The notes below the pieces were generated by a model. It saw only the letters and a list, made by a program, of their open reading frames with translations. It did no database searches and was not told the origin of the DNA. A stretch of 64,000 bases of DNA from an uncultured Solirubrobacterales bacterium. Lineage in GTDB: Bacteria > Actinomycetota > Thermoleophilia > Solirubrobacterales > Solirubrobacteraceae. Where the stretch lies: the NCBI GenBank assembly GCA_963770405.1, contig CAVYPO010000003.1, positions 153,120 through 217,119 on the forward strand, read 5' to 3'. Shown in pieces: positions 56,401-63,271 of this stretch (positions are counted from its first letter, which is position 1; every line of letters begins with the position of its first letter). The translations under genes were made by a program, and so were the position numbers.

Positions 56401-56524
56401 CGGCGCCAACGGCGAGCAGGAGCGTGCCGAGCAGCACGGTGAGGCGGGTGGCGGCACGGACGCGCGGCGTCAGCGGATGCCGCAGCTGCCTCGCAAGTCT
56501 TCTCATTGGCATTCGTCGCTCCAT
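53402..56524 (-). CDS. large secreted uncharacterised protein with four Cys-pair repeat modules
   Basis: 1040-aa intact ORF. Signal 'LTVLLGTLLLAVGAGAPAAQA'. 'TQAGGHPDYAVTSF' near the N-terminus. Four modules 'LP(P/K)G..(N)P......C.......CP..S.VG.....(P)LTG.VYL'. Ends '..VRVAFTLKG'. Confidence 0.8.
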   Translation of the reverse strand: MERRMPMRRLARQLRHPLTPRVRAATRLTVLLGTLLLAVGAGAPAAQASFGIASFGAGTCAGIPPLGQAVSTPSQACPQPYTQAGGHPDYAVTSFTLNTLPGTDQPDGILEDSRVDLPPGLVTNPQAVPQCADADFPNCPADTQVGEVDVGAWPTANVIVPAPVYNMVPAAGEPADFRFSVGLGPFTLVPQVDIVGGVRNVALNGQPPDYGEYFTIHNPPATVNLFNLIVFPLAPVSTTLYFFGDPSAHDTGVPGNAFLTLPSTCSGPQTTYLTADSYDQPGDIASAQYSTPVGASGCDQLTLAGANAPTLSVSPVDANGNVQPSVQNDSPTGLRVELKVPQPQSFSGLAEAQLQNIDVTLPPGFSINPAAGAALQACAAAQFGYGTANPITCPGTSVVGSVSMHTPVLPDPLTGSVYLGQSQTPGANPDQLFVDANGPDGVEVRLVGSITTDPSTGQLTTHFDGSPQTPIDDFTLTFNGGPQAVLASPLACGTAQVTSNISPYSNSMQTPVAPATPTANISVVDANGNSSCGTPFAPSVSAQDGTTAAGANTSLTLGVSRSDGQGYLSQITAQLPPGLLGSIASVPQCTDAQVQASSCPAYSMIGTASVASGAGPAPLTLSGPVYLTGPYGGAPYGLSILIQASAGPYNLGTVGVRAGISIDPNDAHLTITSSPLPSILGGIPLRVKTVTIAVNRPGFLFNGTNCSPQSSSAVFGSLEGATVSEPVAPLTLTGCSALAFSPTVTASTDASYSAANGADLDVKLTAPAGQANLRSVQMTLPKQLTPRLTTIQGACLLATYTANPAGCPASSVVGQATAATSVLPGGLTGTVYLVAQSTGLPTLDVPLSGGGVTINLVGSVALSSKGLVTSTFGSAAAGWLPDVPISSLDIDLPEGPHSLLTTSSVLCPGPLALQTVLLAQNGAQISRTTNVSVVACPLAAAVKVAPELQILGHSYASGRLRLKVRIAAAGRVSVTGAGLRTTRKTFSRAGTYTLSVPLTGASLAQARRHRKVKLTVRAGFIPSKRGAKTASVRVAFTLKG

Positions 56525-56554
56525 CGGTCACGGCGCCGACGGCCGCGCTGTTTT

Positions 56555-56576
56555 GCTCGCACTTGGCTCGCACTTG
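56555..56576. repeat. tandem 11-bp direct repeat GCTCGCACTTG x2 followed by GTATAC
   Basis: In the 212-bp divergent gap between the 1040-aa gene and the GT1 gene. Locally AT-richer. Confidence 0.6.
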
Positions 56577-56736
56577 TATACACCAAACCCGGCGGACTGT
56601 CGGAAGTCGCGCGAACCGGATCGAAGTCGCCCGATCGGCATGACGTTCGAGCCGGCGGCCGTCGCGACGGGTCGACTGGCCGGTGCCGACGCGCCGGCGG
56701 GCGGTCGCCGCGAAAACCGTCGCCTATGATCGTCGG

Positions 56737-57993
56737 GTGCGCCTGGCCATCCCCGCACTCGGGACCCGGGGGGATGTGCAGCCATACGTCGAGCTCGCCG
56801 CGGGCCTGCGCCGGGCCGGACACGGGGTCGTCCTCGCGACCCACGAGGCATTCAGGCCGCTCGTCCTGCATCACGAACTCGAGTTCCAGGCCCTGCCGGG
56901 TGACCCGGCGGCGATGTTCGACGCGGTGGCCTGGGACCCGCTGCGCATCTCGCCCTGGCGCCCGCTGGCGCAGCTGAGCATCATCCACCGCGGCATCGGC
57001 TCGCTCGTGGACCAGGTCCGGCCCGAGGCGCTGATGGCCGGATGGGGCGATGTCGACCTCGTGCTGTTCGGACCCACGACCACCTTCGGGCACTTCATCG
57101 CCGAGCGGCTCGGGGTCCCGTCGGTCCTGGCCGCGCTCACGCCGGCCGTGGCCACGAGCGCCTTCCCGCATCCGGTGCTCGCCCCGCGCCTGCGACTCGG
57201 CCGCTGGGCCAACTACGCCAGCTGGCTGGTCGGCGAGCGCCTGCAGCACCAGACCTTCCAGGAGCCGCTGCGCCCCGATGCCCGACGGGCGTTGGGCCTG
57301 CCGGCCGCGCCGCGACCGAGCCGGCCGAGCGCCGCCGGCCGCTGGCCGCCGGTGCCCGTCCTGCACGGATTCAGCCCGTGGCTCGTGCCGCGTCCGCGCG
57401 ACTGGGCCGCGCACGTCGAGGTGACGGGATGGTGGACGGGCACGCCGTCGGCAGACGAGCTGCCCGACGCCGTCGAGCGCTTCCTCGCGGCCGGGGACCC
57501 GCCGCTGTACATCGGCTTCGGGAGCATGCCGCTGCCCCAGCCCGAGCGGGTGGCCGACATCATCGTCGACGCGCTGCGACGGACCGGCCAGCGGGCGCTC
57601 GTCTCCGGCCTGCGCGCCGACGCGCTGCAGCGCGCGGGAACATCGGTGCACGTCGCCGACGACCTCCCCCACGACCGGATCTTCGACCGCGTGGCCGGCG
57701 TCGTGCACCACGGCGGCAGCGGCACGATCGGCACCGGGCTGCGGGCCGGCCGCCCCACCCTGGTGGTGCCGTTCGTCTACGACCAGTTCTTCTGGGGCCG
57801 GCGCGTCGAGCTCGCGGGGGCGGGCCCGCGTCCGGTCCCGTTCGCGCGGCTGTCGGTCGACGACCTGGCCGCGGCGCTGCAGCGGCTCGCCGACGGCGAC
57901 GTCCGCGCGGCCGCTCGGCGGCTCGGCGAGCGCATCCGCGAGGAGGACGGCATCACCCGGGCCGTCGGCGCGATCGAGCGCGCGGCGGCGTGA
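56737..57993 (+). CDS. GT1-family glycosyltransferase (MGT / sterol-glucosyltransferase-like)
   Basis: GTG 56737. 'GTRGDVQPYVELAAGLRRAGHGV' (GT28-type N-domain) and 'HHGGSGTIGTGLRAGRPTLVVPFVYDQFFW' UDP-sugar motif. Confidence 0.88.
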   Translation: MRLAIPALGTRGDVQPYVELAAGLRRAGHGVVLATHEAFRPLVLHHELEFQALPGDPAAMFDAVAWDPLRISPWRPLAQLSIIHRGIGSLVDQVRPEALMAGWGDVDLVLFGPTTTFGHFIAERLGVPSVLAALTPAVATSAFPHPVLAPRLRLGRWANYASWLVGERLQHQTFQEPLRPDARRALGLPAAPRPSRPSAAGRWPPVPVLHGFSPWLVPRPRDWAAHVEVTGWWTGTPSADELPDAVERFLAAGDPPLYIGFGSMPLPQPERVADIIVDALRRTGQRALVSGLRADALQRAGTSVHVADDLPHDRIFDRVAGVVHHGGSGTIGTGLRAGRPTLVVPFVYDQFFWGRRVELAGAGPRPVPFARLSVDDLAAALQRLADGDVRAAARRLGERIREEDGITRAVGAIERAAA

Positions 57994-58949
57994 GGCCGCG
58001 CCGCCTCGCCGCAGTCCGCGCCGCGGCGCTCGTCGTGGCGACCGCCACCCTGCTGGCCGCCTGCGGCTCGGCCCATCCCGCGCACCGCGCACCGGCGGCG
58101 CCCCGGGTGGGCATCTATGACGCGCAGGTCGTGGCGACGCGGCCCGTCGGCCTCGTCCAGGCGCGGCGCGTCGTCTACACCACGTTCGACGGGACGCGGG
58201 TCCCGGCGCTGTTCGCGGTTCCGTACGGGACCGTGCGCGCCTGCCTGATCTGGGAGGACGGGCTCGGATCCACGAAGTACGACTCCGAATCGGTCTGGCA
58301 GGGCGCAGCGAAGATCGGCCTGGCCACGTTCTCGATCGACCTCCGCTACCACGGCGAACGCGGCACGGTGCCCGAGCTCCTGCGCGTCGTGCGCCAGCCG
58401 GCGGCGATCGCCGGGCTGGTCACGGGCACCGTGCGCGACCTGCAGCGCGCCGTCGCCTACCTGGACACCCAGCCCGAGTGCCACCACCAGGTCGGCTATG
58501 CCGGGCTGAGCCTCGGCGGCATCATCGGCACGCTGCTGACCGCCACCGATCCGCAGGTGCGGGTGGCGGTGCTCATGTCGACGCCGCCGACCTGGAACGC
58601 GCTCATCCACTCGACCGCCCACGTCGCGATCGACGACCTGCGGGGCATCTTCCTGCCCGGCCTGGCCAGCCACCCCGCCCAGCTGCAGGCCGCGCTGCGC
58701 ATCCTGGAGCCGCTGGATCCCGACCGCTACGTGGGGCGGATCGCGCCGCGTCCCCTGCTGATCCTCGCCGGGCGCAGCGACCCGATCGTTCCGCCGAGCG
58801 ACGCAAGGGTGTTCGAGGCCGCCGCCCGCGCCCCCAAGACGATCATCAACTACGACGGCGGTCACCTCCCGCTGGACGGGGTGAGCCCGGCCGTGGCCAC
58901 GGCCAACGCCACCGCGATCGCCGCCTTCCTGGCCCGGCACCTCGGTTGA
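57990..58949 (+). CDS. lipoprotein alpha/beta hydrolase (dienelactone hydrolase/peptidase S9-like)
   Basis: GTG 57990 overlaps the GT1 stop (GTGA). Lipobox 'LLAACGS'. 'GLSLGGIIG' nucleophile elbow. Confidence 0.8.
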   Translation: MRPRRLAAVRAAALVVATATLLAACGSAHPAHRAPAAPRVGIYDAQVVATRPVGLVQARRVVYTTFDGTRVPALFAVPYGTVRACLIWEDGLGSTKYDSESVWQGAAKIGLATFSIDLRYHGERGTVPELLRVVRQPAAIAGLVTGTVRDLQRAVAYLDTQPECHHQVGYAGLSLGGIIGTLLTATDPQVRVAVLMSTPPTWNALIHSTAHVAIDDLRGIFLPGLASHPAQLQAALRILEPLDPDRYVGRIAPRPLLILAGRSDPIVPPSDARVFEAAARAPKTIINYDGGHLPLDGVSPAVATANATAIAAFLARHLG

Positions 58950-59037
58950 CCCGCATCGGCCGCGGGTGCAGCGCATTTGCGATCATCCTCGTCCTCGTGA
59001 CCGACGAGCGACGGACCGCGCCGATGTCACCCTCACC

Positions 59038-59643
59038 GTGGACATAGCGTCACTGACGCAGCGAGCAGTGGGCCGGCTCGGCCGCGCGCTGGCGAGGCGG
59101 CTCGTGTCCTCGCGCCTGCGCGTCGGACCGGGGACCTACTTCGGGTGGCCGCCGCCGCGGGTGATCGCCTACCCGGGCGATGAGCCGCATCCGGTCACGA
59201 TCGGCGGCTACTGCTCGATCGCCGCCAACGTCGAGTTCATCATCGGCGGCAACCATCACACCGAGCGCATCTCGACATTCCCGTTCCCCGGCGCGGGGCA
59301 TCCCACGTCGAAGGGACCGATCACCGTCGGATCCGACGTGTGGATCGGCAAGAACGTGGTCATCCTGTCCGGCGTCACCGTCGGAGCCGGCGCGGCCATC
59401 GGCGCCAACAGCGTCGTCACGCGCGACGTGCGCCCGTACGCGATCGTGGCCGGCAATCCGGCGCGGGAGCTGCGGCGTCGCTTCGCCGACGACGACGTGC
59501 AGCGGCTGCTCGAGATCGCCTGGTGGACGTGGCCGCAGGACGAGGTGCTGTCGATCGTCCCCCTGCTGACCGGCACGGACGTGTCGGCGCTGCTGGCCTA
59601 CGCCGAGCGGCGCGCCGGCCGCCGCTCCATCGCCGCGCACTGA
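59038..59643 (+). CDS. hexapeptide-repeat xenobiotic/CatB-like O-acetyltransferase
   Basis: 'IGGNHHTERISTFPF', 'VWIGKNVVILSGVTVGAGAAIGANSVVTRDVRPYAIVAGNPA'. The ORF is open from 58966, so the start is uncertain. Confidence 0.82.
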   Translation: MDIASLTQRAVGRLGRALARRLVSSRLRVGPGTYFGWPPPRVIAYPGDEPHPVTIGGYCSIAANVEFIIGGNHHTERISTFPFPGAGHPTSKGPITVGSDVWIGKNVVILSGVTVGAGAAIGANSVVTRDVRPYAIVAGNPARELRRRFADDDVQRLLEIAWWTWPQDEVLSIVPLLTGTDVSALLAYAERRAGRRSIAAH

Positions 59644-59682
59644 GCGAACCGAGCCAGGCCGGGCATTACACTGGCTCGACTC

Positions 59683-60705
59683 GTGTCAGCGCAGGAAGAA
59701 GTCGACGGCACGCCCGATCTGGCGGAGCGTCCCACCACGGATGCGGCGGACGAGCCGTGGGGGCCGCAGCGAAGCAGCATCGGCGCCGTGCGAGCCCTTC
59801 GCCGGGCAGGCGTGATCGCGCACAGCTCGACCTGGCCGCGACGGCTGGTTCCCGCTCCCGTGGCGTTCGGGCTGATCGAGGCCTACGCCGCGCTGGCGCA
59901 GCGCACGCGGGCCTGGGCGTGGGAGGAGAACCGCCTCTTCCACCGCCAGCTGCTGCAGTACACCGCGCTGGCGGGCACCGAGGACGACGTGGCCCGCCGC
60001 GCGGTGGTCGAGTTCTTCGAGTGCGTGGAGATCTTCTGGCGCCCCTGGCTGATGAAGCACGCCGAGATCGAGGGCATGGAGCACTACCAGGCCGCGCGCG
60101 CGACCGGGCGCGGCGTGCTCACCGTGTTCCCCCACTTCGGGATGCCCTACGCGCAGTTTCCGATCATGCGCCAGTTCGGGATCGACGCCTGGGTGATCGC
60201 GTCGCCGCATCACTACGTCGACCTCGGCAACGGCTACGACGGGCGCTTCGCCCGCTTCGCGCGCCGGACCTACGTCGATCAGCTCGGACCGGAGCGCGCG
60301 ATCGCCCGCCGGCGCGGCACGACGGCCAGCGGAGCGTTCGGCCCCGCGCTTGCGCTGCTGCGAGACGGGGCGACGATGTCGGTCGCCTTCGACGTGGTCG
60401 GCAGCATGCCGACGCCGTTTCTCGGACGGCGCCTGCAGCTGGCCAGCGGCCCGCCGAAGCTGGCCTTCGAGTCCGAGGCGATGGTGGTTCCGTTCGTCCT
60501 GCGCCGGCGGCGGCAGTACCCGGTCCTGCAGTTCGACCCGCCGATCGACTCGCGTGACTTCACCGACGCCAGCGCCCTGCAGGAGGCGATCGCCTCGGTG
60601 ATGGAACGCTGGGCCCTCGAGCATCCCGAGGCGGTGTGGCAGCTGCACACGCAGCCCGGCGGCCCGCCGCTCATCCGCGGCCCGGCGCTCAACGGCGACG
60701 CCTGA
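59683..60705 (+). CDS. lipid-A/PIM-type (HtrB/PatA-like) acyltransferase family protein
   Basis: 340 aa. 'GVLTVFPHFGMPY' resembles the H-x-G-x-W-E box region of Lip_A_acyltrans proteins. Moderate confidence only. Confidence 0.55.
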   Translation: MSAQEEVDGTPDLAERPTTDAADEPWGPQRSSIGAVRALRRAGVIAHSSTWPRRLVPAPVAFGLIEAYAALAQRTRAWAWEENRLFHRQLLQYTALAGTEDDVARRAVVEFFECVEIFWRPWLMKHAEIEGMEHYQAARATGRGVLTVFPHFGMPYAQFPIMRQFGIDAWVIASPHHYVDLGNGYDGRFARFARRTYVDQLGPERAIARRRGTTASGAFGPALALLRDGATMSVAFDVVGSMPTPFLGRRLQLASGPPKLAFESEAMVVPFVLRRRRQYPVLQFDPPIDSRDFTDASALQEAIASVMERWALEHPEAVWQLHTQPGGPPLIRGPALNGDA

Positions 60706-61360
60706 CGCCGGCCTCGGCGGCCAGCGCGGCGAACGCCTGGAGCGCCTCGCCCCGCGTCCACGCCCCCGAGCGCGCCGTGCGCAGCGTCGCCGGGACGGCG
60801 GCCAGCGCCGAGCGCGCACCCCGACGGGGCGGGGCCGCCGCCAGGACGACGACGCTGTCCGCGCACAGGCGCCCGGGCTCGCTGCGCAGCACGCGGGCCG
60901 TCCACTCGACCGCGGCGTGACGGCCGAAGGCGCGGACGTCCGGCGGGCCGTGGCGATCGAACGCCGCCCGCTCGACCAGGCAGTTGGCCAGCGGGGCGTG
61001 GCGGATGGGGCACAGGTGGCGCCCCACCAGCCGGATGACCGCGGCGACGTCCGCACCGTCGGGCGCCGGCAGCTCGTCCTCCAGCGGGCGGCCGGTCCGC
61101 TCGTCGAGCACCAGGCCCGCGACGAGCGAGGCTCGCGGCTCGAGCTCGAGCTCGAGCCGCACCGCGCCCACCAGTTGCGCCAGCGCGTCCTCGCGCGGTT
61201 GCGCGCCCGGCGCCAGGAACCACAGCCACTGCGCGTCCGAGCCCAGGGCCCGGGCCAGCGCGCCGGGACCGGCGAACACCTCGTGCGGCGGCTCGGTCTG
61301 TCGCCCGGCGCCGGACGCGCCCGGTCCCGGCTGGACGGCGGCCACCCGCAGGCCCGTCAT
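60689..61360 (-). CDS. hypothetical protein, degenerate GT-A-like
   Basis: 223 aa. ATGA overlap with the upstream GT2 gene. 'WLWFLAPGAQPREDAL' resembles the DxD-region context of GT2 but lacks the acidic motif. Confidence 0.5.
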   Translation of the reverse strand: MTGLRVAAVQPGPGASGAGRQTEPPHEVFAGPGALARALGSDAQWLWFLAPGAQPREDALAQLVGAVRLELELEPRASLVAGLVLDERTGRPLEDELPAPDGADVAAVIRLVGRHLCPIRHAPLANCLVERAAFDRHGPPDVRAFGRHAAVEWTARVLRSEPGRLCADSVVVLAAAPPRRGARSALAAVPATLRTARSGAWTRGEALQAFAALAAEAGVRRRR

Positions 61361-62253
61361 CGCGCCGGCTCGCTGAGCCCGTCGCGGATGCCGCGCGCGA
61401 GGATCGCCAGCCGCCGGGGATCGCGCCGGTTGACGCGGATGAACTCGAGCACCGTGCGGGCGTAGTAGCGCGCGTAGTCCACGCGCTCGATCGGGGTGAA
61501 GCAGTCGCCGCGCAGCAGCAGCAGCGAGTTGCGCGCGTGGTAGTAGAAGCGGTCGCTCGTCGGTGTGGCCGCGCGATGCGGCGTCTCGGTCCAGTGGTAC
61601 ACGCGGCTCTCGGGCACCAGGTAGCCGGGCGCGTCACGCAGGACCCGGGCGGTGAACTCGACGTCGTCGCCCCAGATGAAGAAGCGGGCCTGGGGCAGGC
61701 CGAAGCGCTCGATCGCCTCCCGGCGGACGGCGACCGACACGAACGTGGCGTAGCGCAGTGCGAGCAGGCCGTGTGCCACGCCCTCGGCCACATCCCGCCG
61801 CGAGCGCCAGCGACCCACCGGGGCGTTCATCGGGTGCAACCGCTCGTCCTTCCAGAGCACCTGGCTGCTCACGATCAAGGGTGGCCCGGCCGGCGCCCGG
61901 GCCGCCCCGGCCAGCAGCGTCCGGAGGCTGTCGGCCGTGGCCAGGGTGTCGTCATCCATCAGCCACAGCCAGTCGTACCCGCGCTCGTACGCCCAGGCCA
62001 TGCCGCGGTGAAAGCCGCCGGCGCCGCCGACGTTCTCGTCCAGGCGCAGCAGCGACACCCGCTCGAACTCCTCGCCGACCATCGCGGCGGTGCCATCGTC
62101 GCTGGCGTTGTCGACCACGAGCGTCTCGTCGACCGGACGCGCCTGCTCGGCCAGCGCCGTCAGGCAGCGCCGCAGCAGCTCGCGGCGGTTGCGCGTGACC
62201 ACCACGGCGCACACCCGCTCCGCGCCCGGCCCGTACGTATGTGCCCCTACCAT
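61357..62253 (-). CDS. GT2-family glycosyltransferase (rhamnosyl/galactofuranosyl-transferase-like)
   Basis: Start ATG 62253. 'VVVTRNRRELLRRCLTAL..LVVDNASDDGT..WLWLMDDDT'. Confidence 0.88.
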   Translation of the reverse strand: MVGAHTYGPGAERVCAVVVTRNRRELLRRCLTALAEQARPVDETLVVDNASDDGTAAMVGEEFERVSLLRLDENVGGAGGFHRGMAWAYERGYDWLWLMDDDTLATADSLRTLLAGAARAPAGPPLIVSSQVLWKDERLHPMNAPVGRWRSRRDVAEGVAHGLLALRYATFVSVAVRREAIERFGLPQARFFIWGDDVEFTARVLRDAPGYLVPESRVYHWTETPHRAATPTSDRFYYHARNSLLLLRGDCFTPIERVDYARYYARTVLEFIRVNRRDPRRLAILARGIRDGLSEPAR

Positions 62254-62259
62254 GCGTGC

Positions 62260-62490
62260 GTGAAGTCGGCCGTCAAACGGATCGTCCTCGCTGTGTTCGG
62301 CCGACCGGTCCGATGCGAGCGCTGCGGGGCGCCGCTGTTCCGGGCGATCCCGTTCGTGTCGCGCGGGCGGGTGAAGCTTAGCGGCGCCGAGCACGCGCTC
62401 GTACGCGTTGACTTCGACTCGATGAATCACCTCGTGTTCTCCCACGTCGAGGTCGGCGACTGCCCGCGCAGCGGCGAGCCGCCGCGGTGA
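62260..62490 (+). CDS. small Cys-containing hypothetical protein
   Basis: GTG 62260. 76 aa. 'RCERCGAPLF'. Stop overlaps the next gene's start (GTGA at 62487-62490). Confidence 0.35.
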   Translation: MKSAVKRIVLAVFGRPVRCERCGAPLFRAIPFVSRGRVKLSGAEHALVRVDFDSMNHLVFSHVEVGDCPRSGEPPR

Positions 62491-63263
62491 GCACCCTCAA
62501 CGTGATGCTCACCCACCTGCCCGCGGGCGAGGTGGACGCGCAGCTCGTCGCACTGCGCGCGGTCGCTCCGGGCTCGCGCTTCGCGGTGTGCCACGCCGGC
62601 GATCCGGCCGAGTTCGCGCGCGTGGCCGATCGTGACAAGGCGTTCGTCGACGACCCGTCCCTGCGGGGCGCGCCGCGCTCGTTTCAGTCCTATGACAGGA
62701 CGCTGGCGGTGGTGCACGAGCGCTGGCTGCGCGACGAGCCCGCCATCGACGCCGTGTACCTGTTCGAGTTCGACCATCTGATCCTGCGCGCCGGCTTCGA
62801 GCGGGCGCTGGACGAGCTGGCGCAGCGCACCGGTGCCGGGCTGCTCGGCAAGGGCGCCTCGGTGCGCAACGCCACCAACTGGCACCACTACACGCGCTTT
62901 CGCCGCGACCCGGCGCTCCTGTCACACCTGCGCGAACTGAGCACGCGTGACGATCCCAGCCGCCTGTTCGGGATGGTGGCGTGCGCCATGTGGCTGTCGC
63001 GGGCGGCCGTGGAGTCATACGTCGCGGTCGCGACCCATCCCCGCTGCTACGGCGAGCTGTACGTGCCCACGTTGCTGCACCATCTCGGCCATCGCGTCGT
63101 CGACGTCGACGCGGTCAGCGACCTGTACCGCCACGTCCGCTGGGCGCCGGTCTACGACGCCGCGCAGGCCGAGGCGCTGCGCCGCGCCGGGGCGACGTTC
63201 CTGCACCCGGTCAAGGACGCGACGGTACGCCGGCGGCTGCTGTCGGCCGCGGCCTCCGCGTAG
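62487..63263 (+). CDS. hypothetical protein of the glycan cluster
   Basis: 258-aa ORF with high GC3, translationally coupled to the preceding small ORF. No motif recognised. Confidence 0.6.
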   Translation: MSTLNVMLTHLPAGEVDAQLVALRAVAPGSRFAVCHAGDPAEFARVADRDKAFVDDPSLRGAPRSFQSYDRTLAVVHERWLRDEPAIDAVYLFEFDHLILRAGFERALDELAQRTGAGLLGKGASVRNATNWHHYTRFRRDPALLSHLRELSTRDDPSRLFGMVACAMWLSRAAVESYVAVATHPRCYGELYVPTLLHHLGHRVVDVDAVSDLYRHVRWAPVYDAAQAEALRRAGATFLHPVKDATVRRRLLSAAASA

Positions 63264-63271
63264 CCGTCCGG

